Shown here one piece after another: positions 40,125 through 48,340 of a stretch of 55,054 nt of DNA; the stretch's first letter is position 1, and each line of letters begins with the position of its first letter. The position numbers and the translations under genes are program-made. Location of the stretch: positions 1 through 55,054 of the forward strand of contig NZ_JALZVX010000004.1 in assembly GCF_023299985.1 (NCBI RefSeq), in the 5' to 3' direction. This DNA comes from Lacinutrix sp. (lineage in GTDB: Bacteria > Bacteroidota > Bacteroidia > Flavobacteriales > Flavobacteriaceae). The notes beneath the pieces were generated by a model that searched no databases, was not told where the DNA came from, and was given only the letters and a program-made list of their open reading frames with translations.

Positions 40125-41362
40125 AATGAAAAACATGAAATTATGAAATATTTAATATTAATTACAATTTATCTTACACTACAAAGCTGTAATTCTGATG
40201 ATCCCAACATAAATAATAATGATAATGGACAAGCATTATCTGCGAACATTGATGTTCTTAATAGTCAATTAACAATATACTATAATGAAATAACACTTGA
40301 TGGATCAAATTCCACAGGTAATATTGATAATTATAAATGGGAAATCATTGATGCTCCTGCTTCATATAATTACTTTCGTCCTAGTGAAAATCAAAATACT
40401 GAATCATACTTGTATCATAATGACCAATTACCGGAAGTACCATTATTATCATTTAAGGCCAGAGAAGTAGGTAATTATACCATTAAACTTACTGTTAATT
40501 CTGGAAACGAACAGTCATCCACCGAGATTAGCTTTTTTGTATCGAATGAAGAACCAAATTATACTTTTTCAAATATACATGACGAATTATTTAATAATTC
40601 TAACGAATGGAATATTTCAAATTATTCAATTGAAGAAGATATAGCAACTCTTCCAGCAGGAACAGCACACGGTTATGATACACTTGAATCTATTGGAGGC
40701 AATTTGTCTTTTAATAATAATATAGAGGTGGATACAGGAACATATCTTTATTGGAAAGCTAAAAAAAACTTACCTAATTTAAATACTGAACCATCAAATT
40801 TCTTGTTCACAATTAAATCTACTAGTGATGAATTTGGATATCAATTAAGTTATACTGATGCGTGGGATTTCGTATCTGATATTAAAATAGTATTTGATGG
40901 GTATTTAATTTCGTTCAAAGGTGACTTAAATAACCAAAAACCTTTACTTTTTTGTTGTTTCGTTGATGATGAATTTTATAGAACTAATCTATCAAATCAG
41001 GATATTCGAATTTATTTTTATCGAAATGTTAACGGAGAATATTCTATTAATGCTATTTGTAACAATCAAAATATTTCAGAAAGAATTCAAATTTCAGAGA
41101 CTGACTTACAAGACTCAATAGAGTTTTATTTCTATAGCACACGTAAACATAATGGAGGAGGGTTAAAAATTACTCCAAAAAACTTAAACATAGTTAAATA
41201 TAATATTTCTGAATTTTAATTCTATAAAATAACAGCTTATAACAAAGTGTAAAAATAATTGCTCATTTTAGGCTCAAACCAAAGGGCTATTACCTTTTGC
41301 ATTTTTGAATTTTACTGGCTTGAAAGCTTATACGCTAAGAGCAACTATTCTTACACCAAACG
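40117..41362 (+). mobile_element. Integron-like single gene cassette (no integrase in the window)
   Basis: Outer arms of the two flanking palindromes are swapped: GTTATAAGC(40116) complements GCTTATAAC(41235); TTCGTTTAAC(40064) complements GTTAAACGAA(41362). Confidence 0.75.
40143..41219 (+). CDS. Cassette-borne lipoprotein with PKD/REJ-like Ig domain
   Basis: Lipobox LQSC followed by NSDD; ITLDGSNS...YKW...GNYTIKLTV PKD signature; Asn-rich. Confidence 0.8.
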   Translation: MKYLILITIYLTLQSCNSDDPNINNNDNGQALSANIDVLNSQLTIYYNEITLDGSNSTGNIDNYKWEIIDAPASYNYFRPSENQNTESYLYHNDQLPEVPLLSFKAREVGNYTIKLTVNSGNEQSSTEISFFVSNEEPNYTFSNIHDELFNNSNEWNISNYSIEEDIATLPAGTAHGYDTLESIGGNLSFNNNIEVDTGTYLYWKAKKNLPNLNTEPSNFLFTIKSTSDEFGYQLSYTDAWDFVSDIKIVFDGYLISFKGDLNNQKPLLFCCFVDDEFYRTNLSNQDIRIYFYRNVNGEYSINAICNNQNISERIQISETDLQDSIEFYFYSTRKHNGGGLKITPKNLNIVKYNISEF

Positions 41363-41371
41363 TTAAACGAA
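41235..41371. repeat. Right attC-like recombination site (hybrid)
   Basis: GCTTATAAC-aaa-GTGTAAAAATAATTGCTC...GAGCAACTATTCTTACAC-caaac-G|TTAAACGAA (GTTRRRY); starts 15 nt after the cassette gene stop. Confidence 0.8.
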
Positions 41372-41406
41372 ACTTTCCAAATAAACCATTATCTAAATAA
41401 AATAAA

Positions 41407-42102
41407 GTGCAAAAAATAACCATAGCCATAGACGGTTTTTCATCCACCGGAAAAAGCACAGTTGCAAAGCAACTAGCCAAACATTTAGGTTACATATATG
41501 TAGATTCTGGAGCCATGTATCGTGCAGTAACACTATTTACTATGCGAAACGGTTTTATTACTAAGGAAGACTTTAATGTAAATGCATTAGTAGAAAAACT
41601 AGGTGAAATAAATATTAGTTTTAAGTTTAATGCAACCTTAGGCTTTGCCGAAGTTTATTTAAACGGTGAAAACATAGAACACGACATTAGAACGTTAGAA
41701 GTTTCAAGTTTTGTAAGTAAAGTAGCAGCTATTCCAGAAGTGCGTTACCAATTGGTAAAGCAACAACAACAAATGGGAAAAGATAAAAGTGTTGTAATGG
41801 ATGGTAGAGATATTGGTACTGTAGTATTCCCTTATGCAGAACTAAAACTATTTATGATAGCGTCTGCAGAAAAAAGAGCAACCAGACGTTTCGACGAGTT
41901 AATAGGTAGAGGAGACGATGTAGAATATGAAGCCGTTTTAAGAAACGTACAAGAACGCGATTATATAGATTCTAATAGAGAAGATTCTCCATTACGTAAA
42001 GCCGATGATGCTATCGAGATAGATAATAGCGACTTATCTTTAACAGAACAATTTGAAAAAGTACTACAGTTAGTAGAGATTACTTTTGAGGATTTGGAGT
42101 AG
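41407..42102 (+). CDS. cmk: Cytidylate kinase
   Basis: IAIDGFSSTGKST, DSGAMYRA, VMDGRDIGTVVFP; GTG start. Confidence 0.96.
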   Translation: MQKITIAIDGFSSTGKSTVAKQLAKHLGYIYVDSGAMYRAVTLFTMRNGFITKEDFNVNALVEKLGEINISFKFNATLGFAEVYLNGENIEHDIRTLEVSSFVSKVAAIPEVRYQLVKQQQQMGKDKSVVMDGRDIGTVVFPYAELKLFMIASAEKRATRRFDELIGRGDDVEYEAVLRNVQERDYIDSNREDSPLRKADDAIEIDNSDLSLTEQFEKVLQLVEITFEDLE

Positions 42103-42108
42103 GATTCA

Positions 42109-42340
42109 TTCTCAGTTAGCAGTCTCAGTATTCAGTGTTCAAAAAAAACAAATCAAATCTATTAATTTAAAAATAGCGAGACTATTTTTTTCTCTGCGAA
42201 TCTCTGTGAAATCTCTGTGAACCTTAGTGTAATATTTTTTATATTAAAAAACCTGTTACTTCGAGTGATTCTGAAAACAAGAGAAATTGTATCGAGAAGC
42301 TCTAGTTAGATATTTAAAAATCCTGAAACAAGTTCATGAT
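42109..42340. repeat. Cluster of decayed miniature repeats
   Basis: CAGT with 6-7-nt periodicity (42113-42136); TCTCTG(C/T)GAA x3 (42191-42221); CTTCG..../TCGAGAAG imperfect palindrome (42254-42300); ATCCTGAAACAAGTTCATGAT hairpin (42320-42340). Confidence 0.6.
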
Positions 42341-42344
42341 AAAT

Positions 42345-42378
42345 AAAAAAGCGAGCTAACCTAAGTTAACTCGCTTTT
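42345..42378. terminator. Bidirectional terminator
   Basis: AAAAGCGAGcTAAC-ctaa-GTTAaCTCGCTTTT. Confidence 0.8.
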
Positions 42379-42399
42379 AAAATAAACCATTATTAATCC

Positions 42400-42777
42400 C
42401 TATAAGTTAGGAATTATTAATTCTTGATCTGGGTGTATAACATCTGGATTTTTTAAGATGTCTGTATTCGCACTAAAAATAGCATTGTATTTTCCTGCGC
42501 TTCCATAATATTGCTTAGCAATGGCACCTAAAGTTTCACCACTTTTAACAGTATGTCTCGCAAAAACGCTAGAATCTGCAACAGCAATATCTGCAACGAT
42601 ATCGCTTGGGCTTTCACCACCTGCACTCTTAATTGCATCCCAAAGTAAATTTTTATCATAAGGAGTAGCAGCAGTACCTTTTACTGTTAACACACCATTT
42701 GCTTCAGAAATATCTCCATTTGCAATGTTTAATTTTTCTCCTAAATCAAGTACTCCCTGATATTTTGCTCTTACCAT
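42400..42777 (-). CDS. BON-like + LysM protein (Kbp/YgaU-like)
   Basis: HTVKSGETLGAIAKQYYG...YNAIFSAN...NPDVIHPDQELIIP. Confidence 0.85.
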   Translation of the reverse strand: MVRAKYQGVLDLGEKLNIANGDISEANGVLTVKGTAATPYDKNLLWDAIKSAGGESPSDIVADIAVADSSVFARHTVKSGETLGAIAKQYYGSAGKYNAIFSANTDILKNPDVIHPDQELIIPNL

Positions 42778-43032
42778 AATTTGTTTTGTTTTTATTGTTA
42801 ATCTTTATAATAATAAATATAGTAATTTTTCTTAACATGTTATTGTTTCAATAATTCTATTAGATAATCAGACTGATATATCAGATTAAATGTATATTTT
42901 CACCGATTAAGCGCAGTGTTTCAAATACTTATGTTAAATAAAGAATTTACTAGTGATTTAGTATCTATTGTTTTGACTAACAATGGGTTTAATCTTTTTA
43001 ATTGAAGGTTAGGCAATATGATTAAAAAGTAT

Positions 43033-43162
43033 TATTTTTGCACTCCTTTTTAGCGATTTATTGGAAAGATAGAAAGGGATAAAACAAAACTATTTATAAC
43101 ACTTCTGTGTGATACCGCTTAAAATCTTCCAAAACAACACAGAATACAAATAATTATCTGCA
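43033..43162 (+). promoter_or_regulatory. rpsA promoter -7 element and structured 5' leader
   Basis: TATTTTTG at 43033-40; hairpins at 43044-43078 and 43103-43144. Confidence 0.55.
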
Positions 43163-45007
43163 ATGGCTGAAAAAGCAAAACAAGCAGAAGTTGTAGCTGA
43201 AACTAAAGAAGCAGCAACTGAAACAAAAGCAGCTCCAGTAATATCTGAAGCACAAGCAAACCCTGAAAAATTTTTAGAAGAGTTTAACTGGCACAATTAC
43301 CAAGAAGGTATTGATGAGGTTGAAGATTCTCAACTAAAAGAATTTGAAAAATTAGTATCAGAAAATTTCGTAGATACATTAGACGACGAGGTTGTTGAAG
43401 GAACAGTAGTACACATGTCTGATCGTGATGTAATTATTGATATCAACGCTAAATCTGAAGGTGTTATTTCTTTAAACGAATTTCGTTACAATCAAGATTT
43501 AAAAGTAGGTGACAAAGTAGAGGTATTAATCGATGTTCGTGAAGACGCAACAGGACAATTAGTATTATCTCACAGAAAAGCACGTGTAATTAAAGCTTGG
43601 GATCGTGTAAATAATGCACACGATACTGGTGAGATTGTAAACGGTTTCGTTAAGTGTAGAACAAAAGGAGGAATGATTGTAGATGTTTTTGGCATCGAAG
43701 CATTTTTACCAGGTTCTCAAATTGACGTTAAGCCAATTAGAGATTACGATCAGTACGTAAATAAAACTATGGAATTTAAAGTTGTGAAAATCAACCACGA
43801 ATTCAAAAACGTAGTAGTGTCTCATAAAGCTTTAATTGAAGCTGATATTGAAGAACAGAAAAAAGAAATTATCGGTCAATTAGAAAAAGGTCAAGTATTA
43901 GAAGGTATCGTTAAGAATATTACTTCTTACGGTGTGTTTATTGATCTTGGTGGTGTTGATGGATTAGTACATATTACAGATTTATCTTGGTCAAGAATTA
44001 ACCATCCAAATGAGATTGTTGAGTTAGACCAGAAATTAAATGTTGTAATCCTTGATTTTGATGAAAACAAATCAAGAATTCAATTAGGTCTTAAGCAATT
44101 ATCTAAACATCCTTGGGATGCATTGGGAGAAACTGTAGCAGTTGGAGATAAAGTAAAAGGTAAAGTAGTTGTAATCGCAGATTACGGTGCATTTATTGAA
44201 GTTGCAGAAGGTGTTGAAGGTTTAGTTCACGTTTCTGAAATGTCTTGGTCTACACACTTACGTTCGGCTAACGATTTTGTAAAAGTTGGTGATGTAATCG
44301 ATGCTCAAATCTTAACATTAGATAGAGAAGATCGTAAAATGTCTCTTGGTATCAAGCAATTATCGCAAGATCCTTGGACAGATATTACAACTAAATATCC
44401 TGTAGGTTCAAACCACAAAGGTATTGTACGTAACTTTACAAACTTTGGTGTTTTTGTTGAATTAGAAGAAGGTATTGATGGATTAATTTACATCTCAGAT
44501 TTATCTTGGACTAAGAAAATTAAGCATCCATCTGAGTTTACAAACGTAGGTGATACTTTAGAAGTAGTAGTATTAGAGTTAGATGTTGAAGGACGTAAAT
44601 TATCTTTAGGTCACAAACAAACAACTGATAATCCTTGGGATAAATACGAAACTGAGTTCGCTTTAGGTTCTACACATACTGCAGAAATTGCTGAAGTTGT
44701 AGATAAAGGTGCAACTATTGAGTTTAATGAAGATATCGTAGCATTCGTTCCTTCTCGTCACCTTGAAAAAGAAGATGGTAAGAAATTGAAGAAAGGAGAT
44801 TCTGCTGAATTCAAGATTATAGAATTTAACAAAGAGTTTAAGAGAGTAGTTGCTTCGCATACTGCAATCTTTAGAGAAGAAGAGATGGCTAACGTTAAAG
44901 CTGCACAAGCTAAACAAGCGTCTCAAGCTGCAGAATCTAAACCAACATTAGGTGATGCAAATGAAGCTTTACAAGCTCTTAAAGATAAATTAGACGGAAA
45001 GATATAA
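43163..45007 (+). CDS. rpsA: 30S ribosomal protein S1
   Basis: Repeated S1 domains (AFLPGSQ, DGLVHITDLSW, EGLVHVSEMSW). Confidence 0.98.
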   Translation: MAEKAKQAEVVAETKEAATETKAAPVISEAQANPEKFLEEFNWHNYQEGIDEVEDSQLKEFEKLVSENFVDTLDDEVVEGTVVHMSDRDVIIDINAKSEGVISLNEFRYNQDLKVGDKVEVLIDVREDATGQLVLSHRKARVIKAWDRVNNAHDTGEIVNGFVKCRTKGGMIVDVFGIEAFLPGSQIDVKPIRDYDQYVNKTMEFKVVKINHEFKNVVVSHKALIEADIEEQKKEIIGQLEKGQVLEGIVKNITSYGVFIDLGGVDGLVHITDLSWSRINHPNEIVELDQKLNVVILDFDENKSRIQLGLKQLSKHPWDALGETVAVGDKVKGKVVVIADYGAFIEVAEGVEGLVHVSEMSWSTHLRSANDFVKVGDVIDAQILTLDREDRKMSLGIKQLSQDPWTDITTKYPVGSNHKGIVRNFTNFGVFVELEEGIDGLIYISDLSWTKKIKHPSEFTNVGDTLEVVVLELDVEGRKLSLGHKQTTDNPWDKYETEFALGSTHTAEIAEVVDKGATIEFNEDIVAFVPSRHLEKEDGKKLKKGDSAEFKIIEFNKEFKRVVASHTAIFREEEMANVKAAQAKQASQAAESKPTLGDANEALQALKDKLDGKI

Positions 45008-45039
45008 GTTTTCTAACCTAAATGTTTAATAAACATTTT

Positions 45040-45070
45040 AAAAGCCTCTCGTTTTCGAGAGGCTTTTTTT
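45040..45070 (+). terminator. rpsA terminator
   Basis: AAAAGCCTCTCG-tttt-CGAGAGGCTTTT followed by T's. Confidence 0.9.
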
Positions 45071-45143
45071 ATGCCTTTATTTATAATGTATTGTAGTTTC
45101 AAAAATAAATAAAAGCTTAACTTTGATTATAAATTTAAATGTT

Positions 45144-46247
45144 ATGAAAAAATATTTCTTTACACTTTTCTTAATAATATTAATTAGCTTTTCTGCAAAT
45201 GCGCAAAACGGAAAGGACATGCATTTAAGTAAAAAAGAAAGAGCAATTCCAAAATATTTAAAAAATAAAGAGCTAAAAAGGGCAGAACTTTATAAAAATG
45301 TTTTACCATCTGTAGTTACTATATACACAACTTCAAATTCATACACTGCAGAAGGTTCAAAAACAAATCAAGGCTTAGGTAGTGGTGTTTTAATTTCTCA
45401 TGATTGTTACATTTTAACAGCAGCTCATGTTGTAGATGGGAGTTCTAAAATTCTTGTAAAAACACAAGATGGTAAAGAGCGAAAAGCTTCAGTATTATTT
45501 AGTGAAAAAACATCAGATATAGCTTTGTTACAATTAGATGTTTTAGATTCTAACTTAACACATGCTGTTTTAGGAGATAGTGATGCATTAGCAGTAGGAC
45601 AAGATGTTTTTGCAATAGGAAGTCCTTATGGTTTAGAAAATTCATTTTCTTCAGGTATAATTTCTTCTTTTAGAGGTTTTAACCAACTTTATGATGGTAC
45701 AGTAAGTTTAGAGTTTCTTCAAACAGATGCAGCTATAAACTCTGGTAATAGTGGAGGACCATTATTTAATTCTCAAGGAAAAGTAGTTGGTATTGCCTCA
45801 AGTATTTTAACTGTTTCAGGTGGTTTTCAAGGTATTGGTATGGCAGTTACTATTAATACTGCTAAAGACTTATTAGCTTTTAAAGATAGACCTTGGATAG
45901 GAATAGATGGTATTTTATTATCTAAAGAAGAACTAAGTAAAGTATTCAACCTATCATTAAAAGGTGGTTTATTAGTTCAAAATGTGAGTGCTAATAGTCC
46001 AGCAGATAAAGCAGGTTTAAAAGGTGGTTTTATTGTAGCAAATTTATTTCAAAAAGAAATATTATTAGGAGGAGATATTATTCTTAAAATTGGAGATCAA
46101 GAGACTTGCCATGTAGATTGTATTGATAAAGTAAAATCTTCGTTGAAAAAAAATAAAGATTTAGAAATCAAATACTTAAGAGATGGTAAAGTGTTTACTA
46201 CTACTTTGGATGTTACAAATATTAGACGTAATTTTTTGTCAGAATAA
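45144..46247 (+). CDS. HtrA/DegQ-like serine protease with one PDZ domain
   Basis: LTAAHVV, DIALL, QTDAAINSGNSGGPL; signal peptide from ATG 45144. Confidence 0.92.
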   Translation: MKKYFFTLFLIILISFSANAQNGKDMHLSKKERAIPKYLKNKELKRAELYKNVLPSVVTIYTTSNSYTAEGSKTNQGLGSGVLISHDCYILTAAHVVDGSSKILVKTQDGKERKASVLFSEKTSDIALLQLDVLDSNLTHAVLGDSDALAVGQDVFAIGSPYGLENSFSSGIISSFRGFNQLYDGTVSLEFLQTDAAINSGNSGGPLFNSQGKVVGIASSILTVSGGFQGIGMAVTINTAKDLLAFKDRPWIGIDGILLSKEELSKVFNLSLKGGLLVQNVSANSPADKAGLKGGFIVANLFQKEILLGGDIILKIGDQETCHVDCIDKVKSSLKKNKDLEIKYLRDGKVFTTTLDVTNIRRNFLSE

Positions 46248-46309
46248 AAGGGTGTTTTAAGGTTTAAAAAAATAGATTATCTTTGCCAACCAAATACGTT
46301 TGGAAACAT

Positions 46310-46849
46310 ATGAGTCAAAAATTGTTACTTAATGCAACAGCCATAAACATCATTCTTCATCGTTTGGCTTGTCAATTAATTGAAAACCATAAAGATTTTT
46401 CAAACACAGTTTTAATAGGTTTACAGCCTAGAGGTAAGTATTTAGCAAATAGATTAGCGCTAATGCTAATAACAGAATACAAGATTAAAAACTTACAATT
46501 AGGCTTACTAGATATTACATTTTATCGTGACGATTTTAGACGAGGCGACAAAATACACGAAGCCAATACTACAGAAATAGATTTTATAGTTGAAGACAAA
46601 AAAGTTGTTTTTATTGACGATGTTTTATACACAGGACGTAGTATTCGTTCTGCTTTAACTGCGATTCAATCTTTTGGAAGACCAAAAGAAATAGAATTGT
46701 TAACACTTATAGATAGACGTTTTAGCAGACATTTACCAATACAACCTAACTACAGAGGCAGACAAGTAGATGCTATAAATGAAGAAAAAGTAAAAGTAAA
46801 CTGGAAAGAGAATGAAGGTGAAGATGCCGTATATTTAGTTAATAGCTAA
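46310..46849 (+). CDS. pyrR: Bifunctional pyr regulator / uracil phosphoribosyltransferase PyrR
   Basis: LDITFYRDD, DDVLYTGRSIRSAL, RHLPIQP; -7 element TATCTTTG at 46278-85. Confidence 0.95.
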   Translation: MSQKLLLNATAINIILHRLACQLIENHKDFSNTVLIGLQPRGKYLANRLALMLITEYKIKNLQLGLLDITFYRDDFRRGDKIHEANTTEIDFIVEDKKVVFIDDVLYTGRSIRSALTAIQSFGRPKEIELLTLIDRRFSRHLPIQPNYRGRQVDAINEEKVKVNWKENEGEDAVYLVNS

Positions 46850-46905
46850 GTTAACTATACCGTTTGCAAGTAGAGTCGTTGAAGTACTTATAATTATGAA
46901 TAAAA

Positions 46906-46981
46906 TTTGTCATTCCTGCGTAGGCAGGAATCCACAATAAAGAATAAAGAAATAGATTCCTGCCTTCGCAGGAATGACAAA
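46906..46981. repeat. REP-like inverted doublet (REPIN-like)
   Basis: TTTGTCATTCCTGCGTAGGCAGGAATC (46906-32) and its inverted copy (46955-81), 26/27 identical; each arm is self-palindromic. Confidence 0.9.
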
Positions 46982-46991
46982 AGAAAAAAAT

Positions 46992-47918
46992 ATGAGCGAA
47001 TTAAGTGTTAACCACTTATTAGGAATTAAATACCTTCAAGAAAAAGATATTCAACTTATTTTTGAAACAGCCGATCATTTTAAAGAAGTGATTAATAGGC
47101 CAATTAAAAAAGTACCTTCGCTTAGAGATATTACTATTGCCAATTTATTTTTTGAAAACTCTACACGTACAAAACTCTCTTTCGAGTTAGCAGAAAAAAG
47201 GCTTTCAGCAGATGTTATAAATTTTTCAGCTGGACAATCTTCAGTTAAAAAAGGAGAAACGTTAATAGATACAGTAAACAATATTTTATCTATGAAAGTA
47301 GATATGGTAGTTATGCGTCATCCCAATCCTGGAGCCTGTGTGTTTTTATCTAAACATGTAAAAGCAAATATTATAAATGCAGGAGATGGAGCACACGAAC
47401 ACCCAACACAAGCATTATTAGATTCCTATTCTATACGAGAATGTTTGGGAAATGTAGCAGGAAAAAATGTAGTAATTGTTGGAGATATATTACACAGTCG
47501 CGTCGCGTTATCTAATATTTATGCTTTAAAATTACAAGGTGCAAATGTTATGGTTTGTGGTCCAAAGACACTATTACCAAAGTATATTAGTGAATTAGGC
47601 GTTAAAGTAGAAACCAACTTGCGTAAAGCATTAGAATGGTGTGATGTCGCAAATATGTTACGTGTTCAAAACGAACGTATGGCAATAAGTTATTTCCCAT
47701 CAACAAGAGAATACACACAACAATATGGCGTTAATAAAGAGTTACTAGACTCTTTAAATAAAGAAATCACTATTATGCATCCAGGACCAATTAATAGAGG
47801 TGTGGAAATAACAAGTGATGTTGCAGATTCTAAACAAGCAATAATACTAGACCAAGTACAAAATGGAGTAGCAGTTAGAATGGCAGTTATTTATTTATTA
47901 GCTGCAAAAATAAAATAA
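46992..47918 (+). CDS. pyrB: Aspartate carbamoyltransferase catalytic subunit
   Basis: FFENSTRT, HPTQALLD, GDILHSRV, HPGPINRG. Confidence 0.97.
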   Translation: MSELSVNHLLGIKYLQEKDIQLIFETADHFKEVINRPIKKVPSLRDITIANLFFENSTRTKLSFELAEKRLSADVINFSAGQSSVKKGETLIDTVNNILSMKVDMVVMRHPNPGACVFLSKHVKANIINAGDGAHEHPTQALLDSYSIRECLGNVAGKNVVIVGDILHSRVALSNIYALKLQGANVMVCGPKTLLPKYISELGVKVETNLRKALEWCDVANMLRVQNERMAISYFPSTREYTQQYGVNKELLDSLNKEITIMHPGPINRGVEITSDVADSKQAIILDQVQNGVAVRMAVIYLLAAKIK

Positions 47919-47924
47919 TAAGTT

Positions 47925-48257
47925 ATGATTATAGATCAACAAGAGAATACGTCGATAATTACACAAGAAAAAGCTACTGTTATAGAATTAGTTAAGAAGC
48001 TAGAAGCTTTATATCCTAAATTTGAAAAACACAACATTATCATTAAATTGTCTTCTTTAGGAAAGATAACTCTACAAGATATTAATGAGTTTTTACGCAT
48101 CTCTAATAAACATCGCGAAGCAAAACATTCATTCGTAGTGGTTACAAATACAATTGCTATAGACGAAATCCCTGATGAGATTATTGTGGTACCAACCGTT
48201 AAAGAAGCTTTCGATATTATAGATATGGAAGTAATGGAACGCGATTTAGGTATTTAA
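47925..48257 (+). CDS. Small hypothetical protein upstream of rnz (STAS-like)
   Basis: HSFVVV...VVPTVKEAFDIIDMEVMERDL; no metallo-beta-lactamase motifs. Confidence 0.7.
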   Translation: MIIDQQENTSIITQEKATVIELVKKLEALYPKFEKHNIIIKLSSLGKITLQDINEFLRISNKHREAKHSFVVVTNTIAIDEIPDEIIVVPTVKEAFDIIDMEVMERDLGI

Positions 48258-48340
48258 AAATGTTTATTTGTGAATCTTTTTTTCGTTTGTTTTCATAAAA
48301 ATAGTAAATGAATTAATAAAAATAAAGCCTACCATTTTTA

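Noticed and set aside
40117-41362. IS or transposon insertion
   Set aside because: No transposase and no flanking target-site duplication beyond the shared AAACGTTA core; the crosswise arm complementarity points to site-specific recombination.
46906-46981. PyrR-binding attenuator
   Set aside because: No recognisable PyrR-binding loop or terminator U-tract; the double-palindrome form fits a REP doublet better.
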